Positions 25,601 through 40,251 of a DNA stretch of 64,000 bases are shown one piece after another. The position numbers were made by a program, and so were the translations under genes. Source of the DNA: Stylophora pistillata (Eukaryota); the NCBI RefSeq assembly GCF_002571385.2, contig NW_019217796.1:1029434-1093433 (forward strand), read 5' to 3'. A model generated the notes under the pieces. It saw only the letters and a program-made list of their open reading frames with translations. It was not told where the DNA came from and ran no database searches. The first letter of the stretch is position 1. The number at the start of each line of letters is the position of its first letter.

Positions 25601-25702
25601 GATTATGGGAGAAAACACTCACTGATCCATCCTCTGACCGCGTCTTGTGTGCTTTACAACAGATCATTGCTCAATAGAGGCTTTTCCATTTGTTATATCA
25701 AG

Positions 25703-26176
25703 TAGTTGAAAATTATCCCCGAAGGCGAGTGAACATTGTTAATTGAATAATCACCGAGACGAAGTCGAGGGCATTATCCAACAATGTTCACTGAGCCTGA
25801 GGCGAATAACTGTTTTGGTACAATTGCCCGGGTGTTTCGAATTCTGTTGTAAATTCTTTAAATAAAGAAAGCATCGCACATATCTTGTTACAATTGTGTT
25901 GATTGCTCGTATCAACATAAACAGCTTTATCAGTCATCAAAAACTTCATTTCTTACTTTTGAAAAGTATTCTGCCATTTTGTACTCTTCGTAATTGAATT
26001 TTCCACTATCGCGTGGATCATTTCCTCAGAAACATTGACAAAACACGGAGCAGCTATTTTTAATTTAGTGCTACCTGCTGTAATTACCTAGCGTGATCAC
26101 CGCGAGATATGACGTAATCCTTCACTAATCAGAGCAGGCGCATCTCTATAATCATCAGAGAAAATTTTCTACCTAA
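25703..26176 (+). mobile_element. Degenerate double-hairpin non-autonomous element
   Basis: gtgaacattgtt ... aacaatgttcac arms around gacgaagtc; ctaatcagagc near the right end. Confidence 0.55.
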
Positions 26177-29100
26177 TATTCTTTTATAGATGGTCTTCCA
26201 GGCAACGAACAACAACAAAAAAAAGCTTTGAAAGACACATCGCAGTACTGACAACAAGTACTTAAAAAAGTCGAAATCAATTCATACTGAAGGACTTTTC
26301 CAACATTTGGCTGCTATGCGCGTTTCATTTAATTTTCGCTCCTCCTTGAGAGGCGATATTTTGAGAAAATAATTTTATTAACAATAGAGTTAGAGATTAA
26401 AACCCTAGAATAATAACTTGATTGCTCAGGCTTACAGCAAAAGGGATAAGCAGCCTATTTTTCTTTATCTTCCATAAATTTGAAAATATTCTACTTTCAT
26501 CGGACGTCATGCTAGGAAAAGTGAAGATTGAAATGAAAACTTTATTTTTTTCTTTCGAACCCAAATTTCGATTTGCTGAACCCCCATCATTTCTATAATT
26601 TGTAAAAAACCTTTGAAGGTAACCGGGTTTATCTTGTACACAGCTATGTATCAGATTGTGATTTTCTCTGTCTTGCATCAAAGCTACAAGATTGACTATT
26701 GTCGTATCTCTCATAAAATTGTAGATAATTTAGCGAAAGTTTTGATCCGAGAAGATTACACCGAAGTTTTTATCCGACAAGATTACACCGAAGAAATAGA
26801 AACAGAAAATTTATAAGGCCATTGGGAAAGGAAAAAAATTTCTTTGACCAAGGAATCTTGCACATTCTAACATCCAACTGTCACTCCGCTCTAACTAACT
26901 CACAGACATTTGAAACAAACCTTTTATAAAATCGAGAAATCTAAGCCGCTGTCCTTTATGTTGATTTCAAAACTTCCTGGTTTGTCCTATGTTAGATTTA
27001 ATTTGCAAATATTTCTTTCAGTGGGGATTCTTAGCTTCAAGCCCTTACAGGAGGGAATGTTTCTGGTTTTCTAGAAGATTGATTTTTTTTCTTTCCTTAG
27101 CTCATTCTACACCACTGAAAATTATCTAATTTTGTAGGCAACCGGCAGCTGCAGGTCAAATTGTTCGCAGTATTCTGCTTTAGATCAAAATCATGATGAC
27201 ATTTGTTAAAAATGCGGTATCTTACCTTGCTCGAATTCTTTTCAAATATTTGCGCTTTTATACAGCAATTCCATAGCAAGGTGATTGTTGTTGACGGAGT
27301 TCCGGCCGACTAGCTTAGTGATGTCTCACTTGAAAACAATCGATCGACACAGTTACGAAAATTCAATTGCCATACCACACATGTACAAAAATTTACAAGT
27401 GAATAAGATAGTTTCTGATGCTTCTCGAATAGAGCTGTCAAATCTGGTGCCTATATTCTCTCAAGAGTTTATTACTTTTTGTAAATTTTCATTATTTTTA
27501 TGTCTGTCTGACAAACCCATTCAATCACTTAAAAGACTTGTATACTTTAGCCCACAATTACAAGAATAGGAACGTCTTTCTAGAAATCTCGGTTTGAATA
27601 GTAAAATCTCAATTGACAGCGTAAATAAAAGGAATTCGAAATTTCCCTCCGGCGTTTTAGGATACGAAACTTCATAATAAATCTAGAATATCCGCATGTC
27701 CTTCCCTTGGTGGCGTAGTCAATAAATTTTCTGCCGTCTCAGTTGTTAGAAGTGGAAGCTGTAAGATTTTTATGGGCAAAGAGGCATCTGTGAGCAATTA
27801 ATGCAAATAGACATCACAGCAGTCAACAAATCACTGTGTCATATACCTAATATATATTTAGGAGTGTGTAGATTATTCGTTCTTAAATTCTAGTTTCTTT
27901 AACTGAAACGAAAAACAAAAAGTATTTTGAAATTATATTTCTTCAACCAGGGATGCATCACTTTCATCACTTTCAATGAACAACTTAGATTACAGCATTA
28001 TTTTCATTTGAATCAGTGCTTCCCTCAATAGTATCATTGTGTATTCATCTTTTCTTGAAAATATATCTCCCTTTCTGCCCTGACCTTTTACTGAACAGTT
28101 CTTTCTGAAATCATGCAAACTCATTAAGTCGACGCATTGAAAAAGTAAGAAAATATATATTTTATACCGGACCCAAATCTTCATGGTATACTTATTTGAC
28201 ATGATCGTTAGGGCATATGTGTAGACATCGGTAGCAATGCGTGTGTTGGATTAGGTAGAAAAGTATTACCAGTGGTCTTTTAGAGGCTTCACGGATTCGA
28301 ATTGTAACAAGTATTTCTTGAATTATTTCATGTTTTACAACACCTTCTTTACGAAAGTGTTGTAAGGTTAGTTTGAGAATATTCATAATCTACTTAATTT
28401 TCTTTCTTGTCAATGACATGTACTTACTTTATCCTATATTTGATCAGGAGTTTCGTGTTTTGAAGGAAAAAAAAGAAAAAATTAAATCAGATACACTTAC
28501 CAACACACTACTCAGTTCAATATGTATCGTGAACATCACTCAACGTGAAGAATCTTATCAATTCTAAATCAATTGAAGCCGTCCTTGTTTTTTAGTGTTG
28601 CTTTACAGACGGAACTGAATGAAATCTAATGGCCTCTGCAACCTGCGCACCATTTAATACATTACTGATGTTATCACCTTTTTGTTTTACTTGCTGTCTG
28701 TGGGGTAAAGCTCTACAACTCAAATGAAATTAAAATAATTTTAACGTTGAAATCTTCGATCCGGAATCCCAAATGATTTCCCACCCACATTTCACTGACA
28801 AGAAAAGAACTGCCCGAAGGATTTCCTATTTCAAAAGGAGGACTGATCACCAAAAAGCAAACTTGACAGTTGTCCAAGATTTCACTGAGAAATATCAACA
28901 ATGTTTTTCAGTCAATAGAAAATGTCGGAAGCAGCTTTAACGGTTTGTACAGCCCCAAATAGCAATGTTTCTATCACCGCGTGAGCTCTTTGTTGGAAAT
29001 TTTCAAATCCATCACCTTTTCTCTGCCCGAAAGTGCTTTCAATTTAGGGAAGTAATAAAGATGGATCAAAATTACTGTAATGAGCTTCTCTGTGTTAGTA

Positions 29101-32100
29101 TTGATTGCAGTTAATAGAAAAGTCGCCAGGTGTCGTATTTTCTTCTCTTTCAATAAGCTTACTAATTTTAAAACTTCCCCCAAAACAGAATGCCAAAGTT
29201 TCTCTTGTTTTGGTTCAGTTATGTTTTCTTTAGGACATTTTCTCTTTAATCGGGTGAAAAGGGGTAGGGAATTTGACAAATTAAACTGTGAAACAAATTA
29301 CCTCCTGGTTTGGAACCTTTTCAAAATATGTAATAACCCGACACAAGGAGTGGTTTCCAGAGAAATAGCTTCACGTGCTTTAAATTCTCATAAGTGCATC
29401 TAGGAGTTACGAAACTAATTTTAAATAAACATCTCCCATCAAGATCTGAAATTCCTAATATTTTTCTTAAAAAACTAACAATTTGAAATTCAGTGGCAAT
29501 TTTTTAAGAGTGAATACTACTGCCTGTTCTTCATTACGGGATTCTTGAACCACAAAGGCGAATTGTGTCATTTATCCATATGACTGACTTGGTTAAAGCT
29601 TTGATTACTTAACCGCCAAGCCCAATGAACTAAGAAACAGAACCTGATGATATTAGCCGCGAAATCAAAGCGGCAGCGATTTATATTTAAGTCAAAGCAC
29701 CATAGTAGTGAAACAAGGGCCTCCAGAATTTCTAATCAATTACAAGACAAATGGAAAACTCTTGTTATTAATGATCGCTTACCGTTTTCTCTGTGGTGTT
29801 CGATCTTACTCTTGGAAGTCTGTCAAAGTGACTGATTTAATCTTTTTACCTTTGTGCAATGCTCTAATGCAGCTCGAAAAAACACCTAACGTACGTTATT
29901 TTGCTCTTAGCAGAATGTTTTCTTCTGTGGAAAGCCGCCGTATGAAAAATCTTCATGCGATTCCGCTAGTTACATCGCTGATATCAAATCTGCCTGTCAC
30001 TTCTGTGTGTCACACCTCACTAGTTTCGTTAACTCCACTCTGTGCGAACTTCTTCTGCGACGCATGTAACCATAGCAACGTCACGAGTGCTTTTATCATT
30101 TTTTCAAATGCCTTATTCTGTCAAATTGCTTGAATTTCCTCAAGACAAAGGGTGTGAAGCTAAGAAGTCATGCAATAAAAAAAATGTTTCATTGATCCAT
30201 CGATGATGCATGGAAGTTTGTCAAAACATCAAATCTATTTAGAAACTTTGCACGGTACCGGCTTCACTCCATGAGAGCTCCGTGATCACTAACGAAAACA
30301 GAGCAGCAAGCCAATGAAAAAGAGACGCAACTGAGTCGGTTCATCAAGAGCTCCTTTAAAGCCCACAACTGTCACTTGTTTTAATCTGGCGGCATGCTAA
30401 TTTTTTTTTATTTTTATATAATACAAACAAAGCGATACCGGGATGAAATTAAAACCACTCAATTTTGAAGCGCACAGAAAATTTATACCGGTATCAAAGT
30501 GTGCTCTGTTATTTAATAATCGTACAAAGTCTTATTTGGCTAGGTGTTGTTTCCCTCGAGAAACTGTTATTTTGAATGAATTAAAAAATGGAAAAAATTT
30601 AAGAGACGTGTGTAAGATGGAGGGCATACCCAATCACCCAGTCATATAACATATGCGATACCATCTATTTTAGAATGTAATTTCACATATGATTTAAGTT
30701 GTACGAGCTTGACATTTTGACCAACTAACTACGCTCAATACGTTTTTTGTTGTAATGAGAATTATGCGAGAAAATCTTAAATTTGCATAAAAACCTTAAA
30801 TTTCAGTAAACATTTCTGTTGAGCTCTTAACTGCGTGGGTTTTGCCGATTACTTAACGCTTTATTTTGTTTAAAACTTTTACTAAGACATAAAAAGCTTA
30901 ATATTAAATCCAGCCCCAGGAAATTACTTTTAACCCTTAATTCTCTTGCACCCTTTATTGTAATCAGCGAATTACATGAACTCATTCGCCCAACAGCATG
31001 ATAAATGCTTATTTGAAAGAGGTGCGATGTCATAGCCTCGTGATAGCTTTTGAATAGTTAACATTCTCAATAACGTTTTGGCTAAAGTTTATTCAAGAAA
31101 TTATTTTTGAATAATTTGACATGATGATACACCAAAATAAAAATTATATAAACGTCTTTTTTCGGTGTCCTTGTCTTCTCAAAGTATCTGAGATAAAATA
31201 GATCTAAAGTGAAACAAACTATGAAAGTAAATGATTTTGAGAGCACACATTTGTGGCGTGGTTAGAATCCTTTCCAGTTTGCAGGGACTAATTTTCTTGC
31301 CATTCGAATTTGCTATTTCTTTTTTCTCTAATTTTCGAAAAATTGAAAGAATAACTTACCATTACCGAACTTCTACTAACTAGCGAAATGTTTTGACTAT
31401 GCAGACGATAAACTGAAAAGGAGAATCCACGTCGGTAAACTGCAAGAAAAGGCAACTGCTTATGTGCAAAATGTTGCTTCTCCTTTTTTATTTAAAAATC
31501 GATGATATAACTTGGTAACATTATAAACAAGTAATTTGAATAACAATCCATCCCCAATTTATTCTGAATTAAAGTGTAAATATACTGATTTTCTATTGCT
31601 AAATATCATTTAGCCTGTTTTTCTATCACTTTACAGGTATCTCATCACTGAGAATAATCACCCGAAAAAAATCTATTTACAGGAGACAAAGTAAATCAGT
31701 TTACAAAATTCATCATTCTGGTTTTGATTATCTTTTTCTACAATTCTAACAATTTGCTGAAATCACGTTACAAATTGATATCGCTCTGACAAAAGAAAAC
31801 CGATAGATTTCTTTCATTTAAAGGTAAAATAGCGCGCGTGAGAGAATGTCCGGGCATATTTTCTCGTTTTCCCACGAGAACAAATGCGGTAGCTTGTCTC
31901 AAGACGTTAAAAGGTCAAACTATTACCAGTTGATGGACATTAATATTTTGCTTGGCGACACGGCCGTTAAAAAATATTAATACCTACGATTTGTAGACTT
32001 AGAAGAATGGTTAACTAGCCTATTCAGATATGAAGCCTTAGGAATACCACAATCGATGTTTTGTAGAAGTTTGTTCTTAAAAAATGTTTTGTTATGACAG

Positions 32101-32825
32101 ATTTCACTGTTATTTTTTCCAGAGAGAAGTAAGGACAAGTTAAAGATTGAAAAAAGCGTTTATTTACATGATAGCTGTTTCCACATATGACGCTATTTAA
32201 CCAATCGAAGAAACCCAAATATGTGACTTATATCAACGCTTGGAAAACATTAGTCGTGTCATTAGACATGACTTTAAAACACGATCTGCAAGTCACAGTG
32301 ATGATGCGAATAAATTTAGAATGATATGGGAATAAGAACTTCCTTTCACTGATAAACTGCTCTGATTTGTGACCCTTCAAAGGGGACTGTTGCGTGACTA
32401 CTTAAAACGTCGACGATTTTTCAATATTCTGGATTCCTGTGTTTCCCCCTCTTGCATGTGTCTAAGAATCCCCTTTGTGTCATTATCTGTGTCGATACAG
32501 GGCTTTAACTCTTACAACGACTTCCGCTCGAGTTACGCAGGAAAGACTGTCTCCTGACGTCTAAAAGTCATTCAGGACAGTATAATACGGATGATAAGGA
32601 TGATAAGGTCACATGATAATCTGTAGCTCACGGTTTTAAACCTGCTTCTGTGATAACTTAAACAAGCCTAGTGATCTTCACAGAGAAATTTCAACGATGA
32701 AATATTAAAATGGAGGTGATCATGATTCAGTTTTACGATGACAGGTTAAGTTCAAGGCCATTAAACAAATGTCAGGAGGTAAAATTAATTGTATTGCCAA
32801 ATATTGTCTATCACGACAACCTTTA

Positions 32826-33073
32826 CAGGAGCGTAGCGTCCTCTACGCATATACGCACGTGCGTACCTGAAGTGACCAGAAAAATTTGAAAACAATGTTG
32901 TGTTTGCGCCAAGTTTGCTCAAAATAAGGGCAAGATGCTTTGTTCTTTGCTTGTATTCACACAACTTTTTCAAACAAGAAATAAAGAACACAGTATTTTT
33001 CGCTCAGTTTACTTAGGTTTCTAGATCATATGTACTTGTGCGTACTTGAAAAAATGACCACGCTACGCGCCTG
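32826..33073. mobile_element. 248-bp MITE with CAGG...CCTG termini
   Basis: TIR caggagcgtagcgt / acgctacgcgcctg; cttta on both flanks. Confidence 0.65.
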
Positions 33074-34997
33074 CTTTACCCATTAAAGCAAATTGGATGT
33101 TACTGCTTTTAACATACTTTGACACACAAACATTTTAAGTTCACTAAGTTGGTAACTAATCCCCTCTTAATGTGTGTTGGCAGAGGAGCTTGGATTCAGT
33201 GTCGAAGGCTACGAGCTACTACTACACAAAATTTCGCTCAGGCTAATAGAGCGATTGTACTTCAATATTTTGAGTATTTTGAAAATCACGCGAAACAGGA
33301 ACTTGGGATAGTACAGGTGCCAGAGGCTGGAACTCTTGGATCGAGTTGAAGAGGAATGACAATGTCATTGGAATATGCAAGGAAGACCAGTAGTGCAATT
33401 CCGCCTCAAAGTCTATCTTTAGTACATCATACTGACTTAAGAATCGAAGCTAGCGTGGGAACACTTGCGTTTTTCTAAACTAGGAATAAAAAAGATGAGG
33501 AGTTGAGTACTTCTCAAACTTGACATCCATTTTAATCCATTGAGAAAAATCTTATCGATTTCCAGCAGAAATTTCGAATATGAACATCAGGAGTGCACTC
33601 ACTCATTTTTTCAAATCCTCGAGGACGTTTTCAAAAGCAAGTACTGAGAGCTACGCAAATTTATTGGAGGAAAAGTGACTGTCCACTAATGAAAAGCATT
33701 CGTGTCCCAGGAAGGACTTGAAGATGGCTGCTCTTATATTGTTTTGGTAAACAATATGTCCACTGTGTCGTCATCAGAGATTGATCTACAGATGGCAAAT
33801 TTAAATTCTACTTGAAGGTGCTTGTCATTTCTAAATTCAACACGAAGTCATGGTATATTCACATTATTTGTTTACATCATTACAACCTGCCTGATATGAG
33901 TTTGGCTTTTTATGTGAGGTTAAAAAATGAGTAACTTAATGGTTGCCACCAGTTCTCCATCATGCCTCGGCACTTTTATCTTCTGCAACAGTTGTCCGTG
34001 AAAATATTCTTAATGTCCAGATTACCTTGCGTTTGGACGGCGTTGAACATTAGATTTCGTGTAAGATGTTTGACCTTAACCTAGAAAATAACAGTACTGT
34101 ATTTTGCTTGTGCCCACTAGTTCCATACTAAAAACTAGTGACATATTGAAGTGACGCGGTTGTTGACACGGATATCCTTCTTTCATATTTCTAAATGAAG
34201 TAATGACCAAATTGTAACAATACAGTTGTAGCGTCAGTTAGGCCGTGAGTCTTACGCTGTTAACGCACGTGCGACAGCGTGTGCGTAACTTCGGAGTCAG
34301 AGTTATTGTTTCTTTTTGTTGATTTTTCTATTTTGCAGAGTGTGAAATTACTGCAGTTAAAATTTGTCAAGCAAGACAGTCATTAAAATGAAAAGGACTA
34401 AGAAATTTCAGACCAAAATGTAGCACGAATGAGTGAGTGTAGATGTTATTGACAGGATTGCCAGCCAATGATAAATCATAACACTTAGCCTAAATACAAA
34501 ATATGACGTAGATCCTCTTACAAAAGATCTTCTAAAAATAGAATAAAATGGGAACTAATACTTCTTGACCTAGCTTAAGATAACCGCTATTTTGGTATCT
34601 GCAAATTTTTTACATTTATCACTGCGAGTTCAGTTTGATTTATAAAACTCCCCGACCAGAGAGAATAGAACTCGTGGCTAAGACCATGCTCTTGGTTTAG
34701 GTAACCAAACAAGCTTGATTATTGTTTTAGGTTGGTTCTGAAAAGGCGAGTATCAGCAATAATTGTCTCGCTTTCCAACTTTAAAATGGGGCCAAGAAAA
34801 TAATTTTTGTTACTAAACGATTCATATTGCTTCGTTAAGAATTCAAAATACAACCCTTCAATAATATAAATCTGGCATTTATAAACTCAAACTGAGAAAG
34901 TAGCTCTCACAAAATTATTTTGGGATTTTCGTTCAGAACCCTGCTTTGTTTTAATTTGTTCATTCAGTCTTGTTAATAACACCTTGTAATTATATCA

Positions 34998-35125
34998 GTT
35001 ATATAAAGCCTAAGACCGATATGGTAAAGAAATCATGTTCATACGAGTCAATTATTCGGTGGAATGCCCTGGAAAACCAAATGAGGTCTATTCGTGACAT
35101 TGACGCTTTTAAAACAACCGTGAAG
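34998..35125 (+). mobile_element. CR1/L2-group LINE ORF2 C-terminal fragment
   Basis: YIKPKTDMVKKSCSYESIIRWNALENQMRSIRDIDAFKTTVK matches the PxT..K.SF.Y....WN.L...R......FK pattern. Confidence 0.65.
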
Positions 35126-36475
35126 TGTGTTTTTAAGCCACATATATATTGTGATGATGTACAAGGATGTAGAATTTTATTTTAATTTTATAATTTTATT
35201 TTTGTGAATAAGCAGAATTTTACATTAGTCTTCCTGTGATTAGTTAGGAAGTTCAATTTTATTGTTATTTGCACGACCACATCAGCTTTGCTGTAGTTTT
35301 TAATCGTGTTTAAATAAATGCTAATATTATCATTCTTATTATTATTATTATATTTGTATTTAACTGTTGGAATTGCTTCCAACTTTATCTGTCTCTTCTA
35401 TTCCTTGACTAGTGTTTTATTATACTTAATACATGAAAATAACTGACACTTTCTAAAAATATCGAAAATGGTTCTTAAAATTCTCTTATTGACTGAAAAT
35501 AATTAAAAACAACGACTGAAAATAACTGTTCTTCAGTCCATATCGTTAATGCCTGGTGATTTCACTTTCGGTAGTATTTTGTGTAGTATTTAAAACAGGC
35601 TGAAATTATCAGTACTGAGTTTAATAACTTTGTCTCAAAGTAAGTGTAGTAACGTGAGGCTATTTCTAATCATCCAATCCTGTAACATAGCAAATGCTTG
35701 ATAAATTAGGCTCAACTGAGCTGAACGAAATGTTAAACTTTTTACGACGAATTTTGTTCTCTGAAGCATGAAGTTCTTACAATTCAATTTCATTCCGTAA
35801 ATTATGAGCAAATAAACAATGGTTGTTTTTTAAGATAATGTTTCTTTTTTCACTGAGTAGATAATCACGGTAAATTTGCTATCTTTAAGAGTTCCTAGAG
35901 CCGACTTTCCGAGCGTTGACCTTTCGCCAGAGCGAATGCTTTATTTACATTATTTTAACGATACGGAACTAGGTACCTTAAACCAAAGGTGTTTTAAGTA
36001 AAGTCGATCTATCCTGCATTACCATGACGCAAGCCAGTAAAAACATTCTAAATGTGGTAATATTGCTAGTTAAACGAAGCTGTATTGATCCTTGTGGGGA
36101 CTTCGTTATTGTTTATGTGGCTTTTACAATTATCGATAGATATAGCACCTTTAGTACCCTCATATATTTTTAATATATGGAAGAATTTGTACCATATCTG
36201 ATTGTGTCACAGGACGATAACACGACTTAAACGCCGGGATATTGTGAAAAACAAATCAGCGACCTTTTAGAAAGCTTGGAGTCTCTTTTATGGAAGTTTC
36301 TCGAAAAACAGTTTTTCATTTTCTTCGCAATTGGGGGACTGAGAATATTTTTCAGTTTTGATGTTCGTCGACTCTGGACTGTTCCGCTTTAGAATTAAGA
36401 CGATACACCATCAAACACTCACACAAGGAATTAGAAGACCTCTTCAGAACGTAAATCCCCTGGACAAAGTTTACG

Positions 36476-37543
36476 ATGTCAGAAAATCTAAGAAACGATT
36501 GCTGTAATGCATCTGACGTGGAGGATTTTTCCTTGGTGCCGTCAACCTGGCCTTTGGGAGTGGTAATTTTGACAAGCATTCTAATGATTGTTGTGAACAT
36601 TGTAACTCTGGTTGGTAACTCTTTTGTTATCGTGGCTATGGCGAAGATTAATTCACTGAAAAGTATGGCGAACAATCAAGCAGTCATTTCTTTAGCGGTC
36701 GCTGATCTTTTGGTGGGTTTACTAGTTATGCCTTGCACAATCGACGGTTTGTTATCGGGAAAATGGCGATGTGGAGCTCTATGGGGAAAACTAAACGCGT
36801 TTGGCAACTTTTCTTTCTGTATTTCATCTATTATGCACTTAACATTGCTATCTTTCGACCGATATATCGCAGTTACTCGTCCCTTAGCTTACAGATCGAT
36901 ATTTACCAAAACAAGGGCACAATATGGTTGTCTTTTATTGTGGATTTATTCAACTTTGTGGGCTCTGCCGCCACTTTTTGGTGTAAGTTCTTACGAATGT
37001 TTTATTCCTTACATCGGAAAATGTCTAGAGAAAGATTGGCTTCAGAGCGAAGTAGCGGTCGTTTTTACCGTTGCAGTAGTTTGTGGAACATACGGGGCTG
37101 CCGTTTTAGTTATGTGCTTTGTCTACATGAAGATATTTTTGACGATTTTCAAACAGTCGAAAAAAATTTCTGTGACAATGGAACAAGTACGAAGTAACTT
37201 TGATTTTGCAGCGAGAACACGGGCCTCGATCAGGAAGGGAGCCTTAACAGTGCTCATTGTTATTGGAATCTATATGGTTTGTTGGTCACCTTTTTGTGTT
37301 CTTCTCTTTGTACAAATGGCCTGTGGCAAATCCACAGGAGGCCCAACGGCGGATCTAATAACAATGTTTATTGGCTTTGCAAATAGTGCTTGTAATCCCA
37401 TCATATACAGCATACGATATAGAGCGTTTCGACAAACTGTAAAGCGTATATTTTTAAGAAATTATGACTGTTTACAATATTTCCTCAGCAGAAAGGAGCC
37501 AATTAATAACAGCATGCAAGCAATAACGGCCAATAAGATTTAG
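36476..37543 (+). CDS. Class A GPCR, 355 aa, single coding exon, amine-receptor-like orphan
   Basis: GN, LAVADLLVG..VMP, DRY, CWSPF and NPIIY motifs; N-glycosylation site in the N-terminus. Confidence 0.94.
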   Translation: MSENLRNDCCNASDVEDFSLVPSTWPLGVVILTSILMIVVNIVTLVGNSFVIVAMAKINSLKSMANNQAVISLAVADLLVGLLVMPCTIDGLLSGKWRCGALWGKLNAFGNFSFCISSIMHLTLLSFDRYIAVTRPLAYRSIFTKTRAQYGCLLLWIYSTLWALPPLFGVSSYECFIPYIGKCLEKDWLQSEVAVVFTVAVVCGTYGAAVLVMCFVYMKIFLTIFKQSKKISVTMEQVRSNFDFAARTRASIRKGALTVLIVIGIYMVCWSPFCVLLFVQMACGKSTGGPTADLITMFIGFANSACNPIIYSIRYRAFRQTVKRIFLRNYDCLQYFLSRKEPINNSMQAITANKI

Positions 37544-40251
37544 ATCGTTCAGTGTAAATATTTTCATGGGAAATTAGACAGCATCACTTGGTATTGAGTC
37601 AGTTGTACACTTGCTCTTCGGTGGTATATTTGATTACTCTTAAGATTATCGTTCTCCGGATCTGAAGAATTCAACTGAGTTAGAGACACGCAATCAATCA
37701 CAAAGTCTACTTTCAGCGAAGGTCGATCAAATAAGTAACATATAGTTTCGCGATTTTCGAGATGGCATGTCAGGGATGGAAATCCAATGGAAACTAAGCA
37801 ACGCAGTCCTTAAACAAGAAAACGAATGAAAGTTAAACAATGATTTAGAAGAAAATAACTCGGAGCGCAATTAAGTTTTTGTGTTGATGTGACCAAGTTT
37901 TCAAAGGAAGGGCTGCGTATGTGTCGACATGAAATTGTGTCCAAGAGCATCAGAGACAAACTGCACATAAATTATCAAGAAGAATAAATCAGTTCGTCAA
38001 ATACATTGGATAATGAGTTACTTGAGAGCAATCTTGTTATCAGTTCAAATATTTATAACAACAATATTAAAGACCAGACGCATACCAACTCATATTACGT
38101 GTGGGTGTTAGTTTTATTGAAAAACGTATTATAAGGAACAAAAGTCTAATATAAACTTGGCATACAGTTGAAAACAACTTAGTAAACATCCGTTCATAGT
38201 ACCGTTTTTATATGACTACCGGTCTATAGCAGTTTTGTGTGAAATGTAAAAAAATGAGGTCACGTTTTCGTGTTCTAAGTCCACACACTCAGCGTGGTTT
38301 AAATAATTGGTGAATAATACTTTATCCTGACGTTTATCAGCATAACGCACATTTCTCTCGTGTTGCACGCTTGATCACGCGCGCGATGCTGATAACATTC
38401 CCGCGGCAAACCATGGTAATGGCGCGTTTTCTGCGTTGAACACCTGTGGTATTCGCGCACCCTAACTATGGCATTAATCAAACAGTGGCCTCATTCTTTC
38501 AGTCGTGTTCAGACTGATTGGATTGCATTTAGTTTTAAAACAGTAAAATAAAAACGGCTCCATGGATGCTAAGTTCTGGGTGTGATTGCTACAATTACAA
38601 TAGCGACATGTTTTTACCAATTACATAACAATTGTAACGTCTGATGCAAACGTATTTGTTCTTTAATGTTAAAGAAATACCTTTAAAAAAATGTTATCAA
38701 GGTCTTTGTTATGGTTGTGCATGACAACTGATAGAAATGGAAAATCACAAATTCATGAAGTAAATCATTTTGCAAAAGCTCACACAGGACTGAGCTATAA
38801 TGCAGATCACACCAGCTTAACTTACTCGCCAATGTTACAACTACAAACGAATTTCTAACATCTAATATTAATTATAAAACCTAAACTAGAATCACAATGA
38901 TATCTCTGATTCTAAATACAGTAGAGACTTTCCCTTTTGGTCGGCTATGTGAAGCCTCTTTTTAATGAATAATGTTTTCTCTTGGTTGTGTTCGCACTAG
39001 CACCACCGATGAAAATGGATAATTCAATCTTGCTAATCTTTGTAAAATGTGAGACCAGCTAAAGAAAACCGCTTGGCATTTGAACAAAAATAAGTTTTGG
39101 TTCTTAAGAAATTTAATCTCTTTAATGGAATCGTACAAATCTTTTTTTCCACATATGAAGGAACGAAAAACTTCACAGTAAAAGAAATTTGTAAACTGCT
39201 GAAATGTGAATGTCTTTGGCTTATTTTTCATGAGTGAAAAATTAACCTCTGGAATTTTGGAGAACGTTTTATTTTTTCGTTCGCAGGAGTCGAACTTGCT
39301 TTGTTTAGTACAAGTGATGAGCCGAAAGATATCTTCCTTACAAATTGCGATGTTAGATTTTGTGTAAAATGTCCAAGTTTTTTTTATCAATGGAGAGTTT
39401 GACGACTTGAATTAAAGAGAGCTTAAACGAAAAGTTTATGATGAGGATACGTAAAGACGACAATGGTATAAAACAATCTTGATATAAAGAAAATGAACGT
39501 TAAAAAAATTTCTTATCAGGAAGTTGAAGTATATGTGGTTGACATAAACCATGATTTTAAAATATCGATGAAGTTGTTTGGATCCTTTTGCAAAGTACTT
39601 TCAAGCGGGCAGGTGTTGGCCGTTTATACATGTATGTACGATGTTTGCATACCGAAATCGCTGTTCACGTTATCTTCCTCAACAACTGTACTGTAACAAG
39701 TTCGGGCTACACATTCTAGTGGCATACACGAGGAATTAGATGACATAAAAAGCTATTCAAAGTAATCCACGAGGAAGTTTAAGTGTGAGTAAAACTGACG
39801 CATTTTTGGAATAAAAGTTGCTTAAAGAAGAAAGTGGATTTGAGATGTAAATTGTTCTTGGTGAAAAACCCGGCTAGGTTGTTAATAATCTTAAGAAGAT
39901 AACAAAAATTAGAGAGAAAAAAAAATGCTAAAACTACACAAAGAGCGGACCAAGTGGTCTAAGAATATTTACCGGAAAAGGCTGAAAAGACTGGCCTATT
40001 GAATAAAACGTCGTTGTTTTTTCGAGAGCTTTCTATAGTCTTCGAAACTTCCTATTGGACCATACAAGCAAAATTTAGAAATTGATTTCTCTGACTTCAC
40101 AGTTATTAATAACAACGGAATTATCTTTATCAATTGGCCAGTCTGTCAGTCAGTCCGCATTAGTGCATGGTAAAGACCCAAAGCCCTGAAGGAAGCATGG
40201 AATGTCATGGCTTATATCAACCTATACGTAGTAACTTTTCAAGTGTTTACT

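Noticed and set aside
24480-29400. Coding-looking stretches with splice-like signals (about 24570-24920, 27200, 28190-28900)
   Set aside because: Frequent stops and no recognisable family; may be decayed TE or gene remnants; needs tBLASTx
38962-39700. 142-aa ORF and exon-like segments between the third GPCR and the IRF
   Set aside because: No domain recognised and no consistent spliced frame
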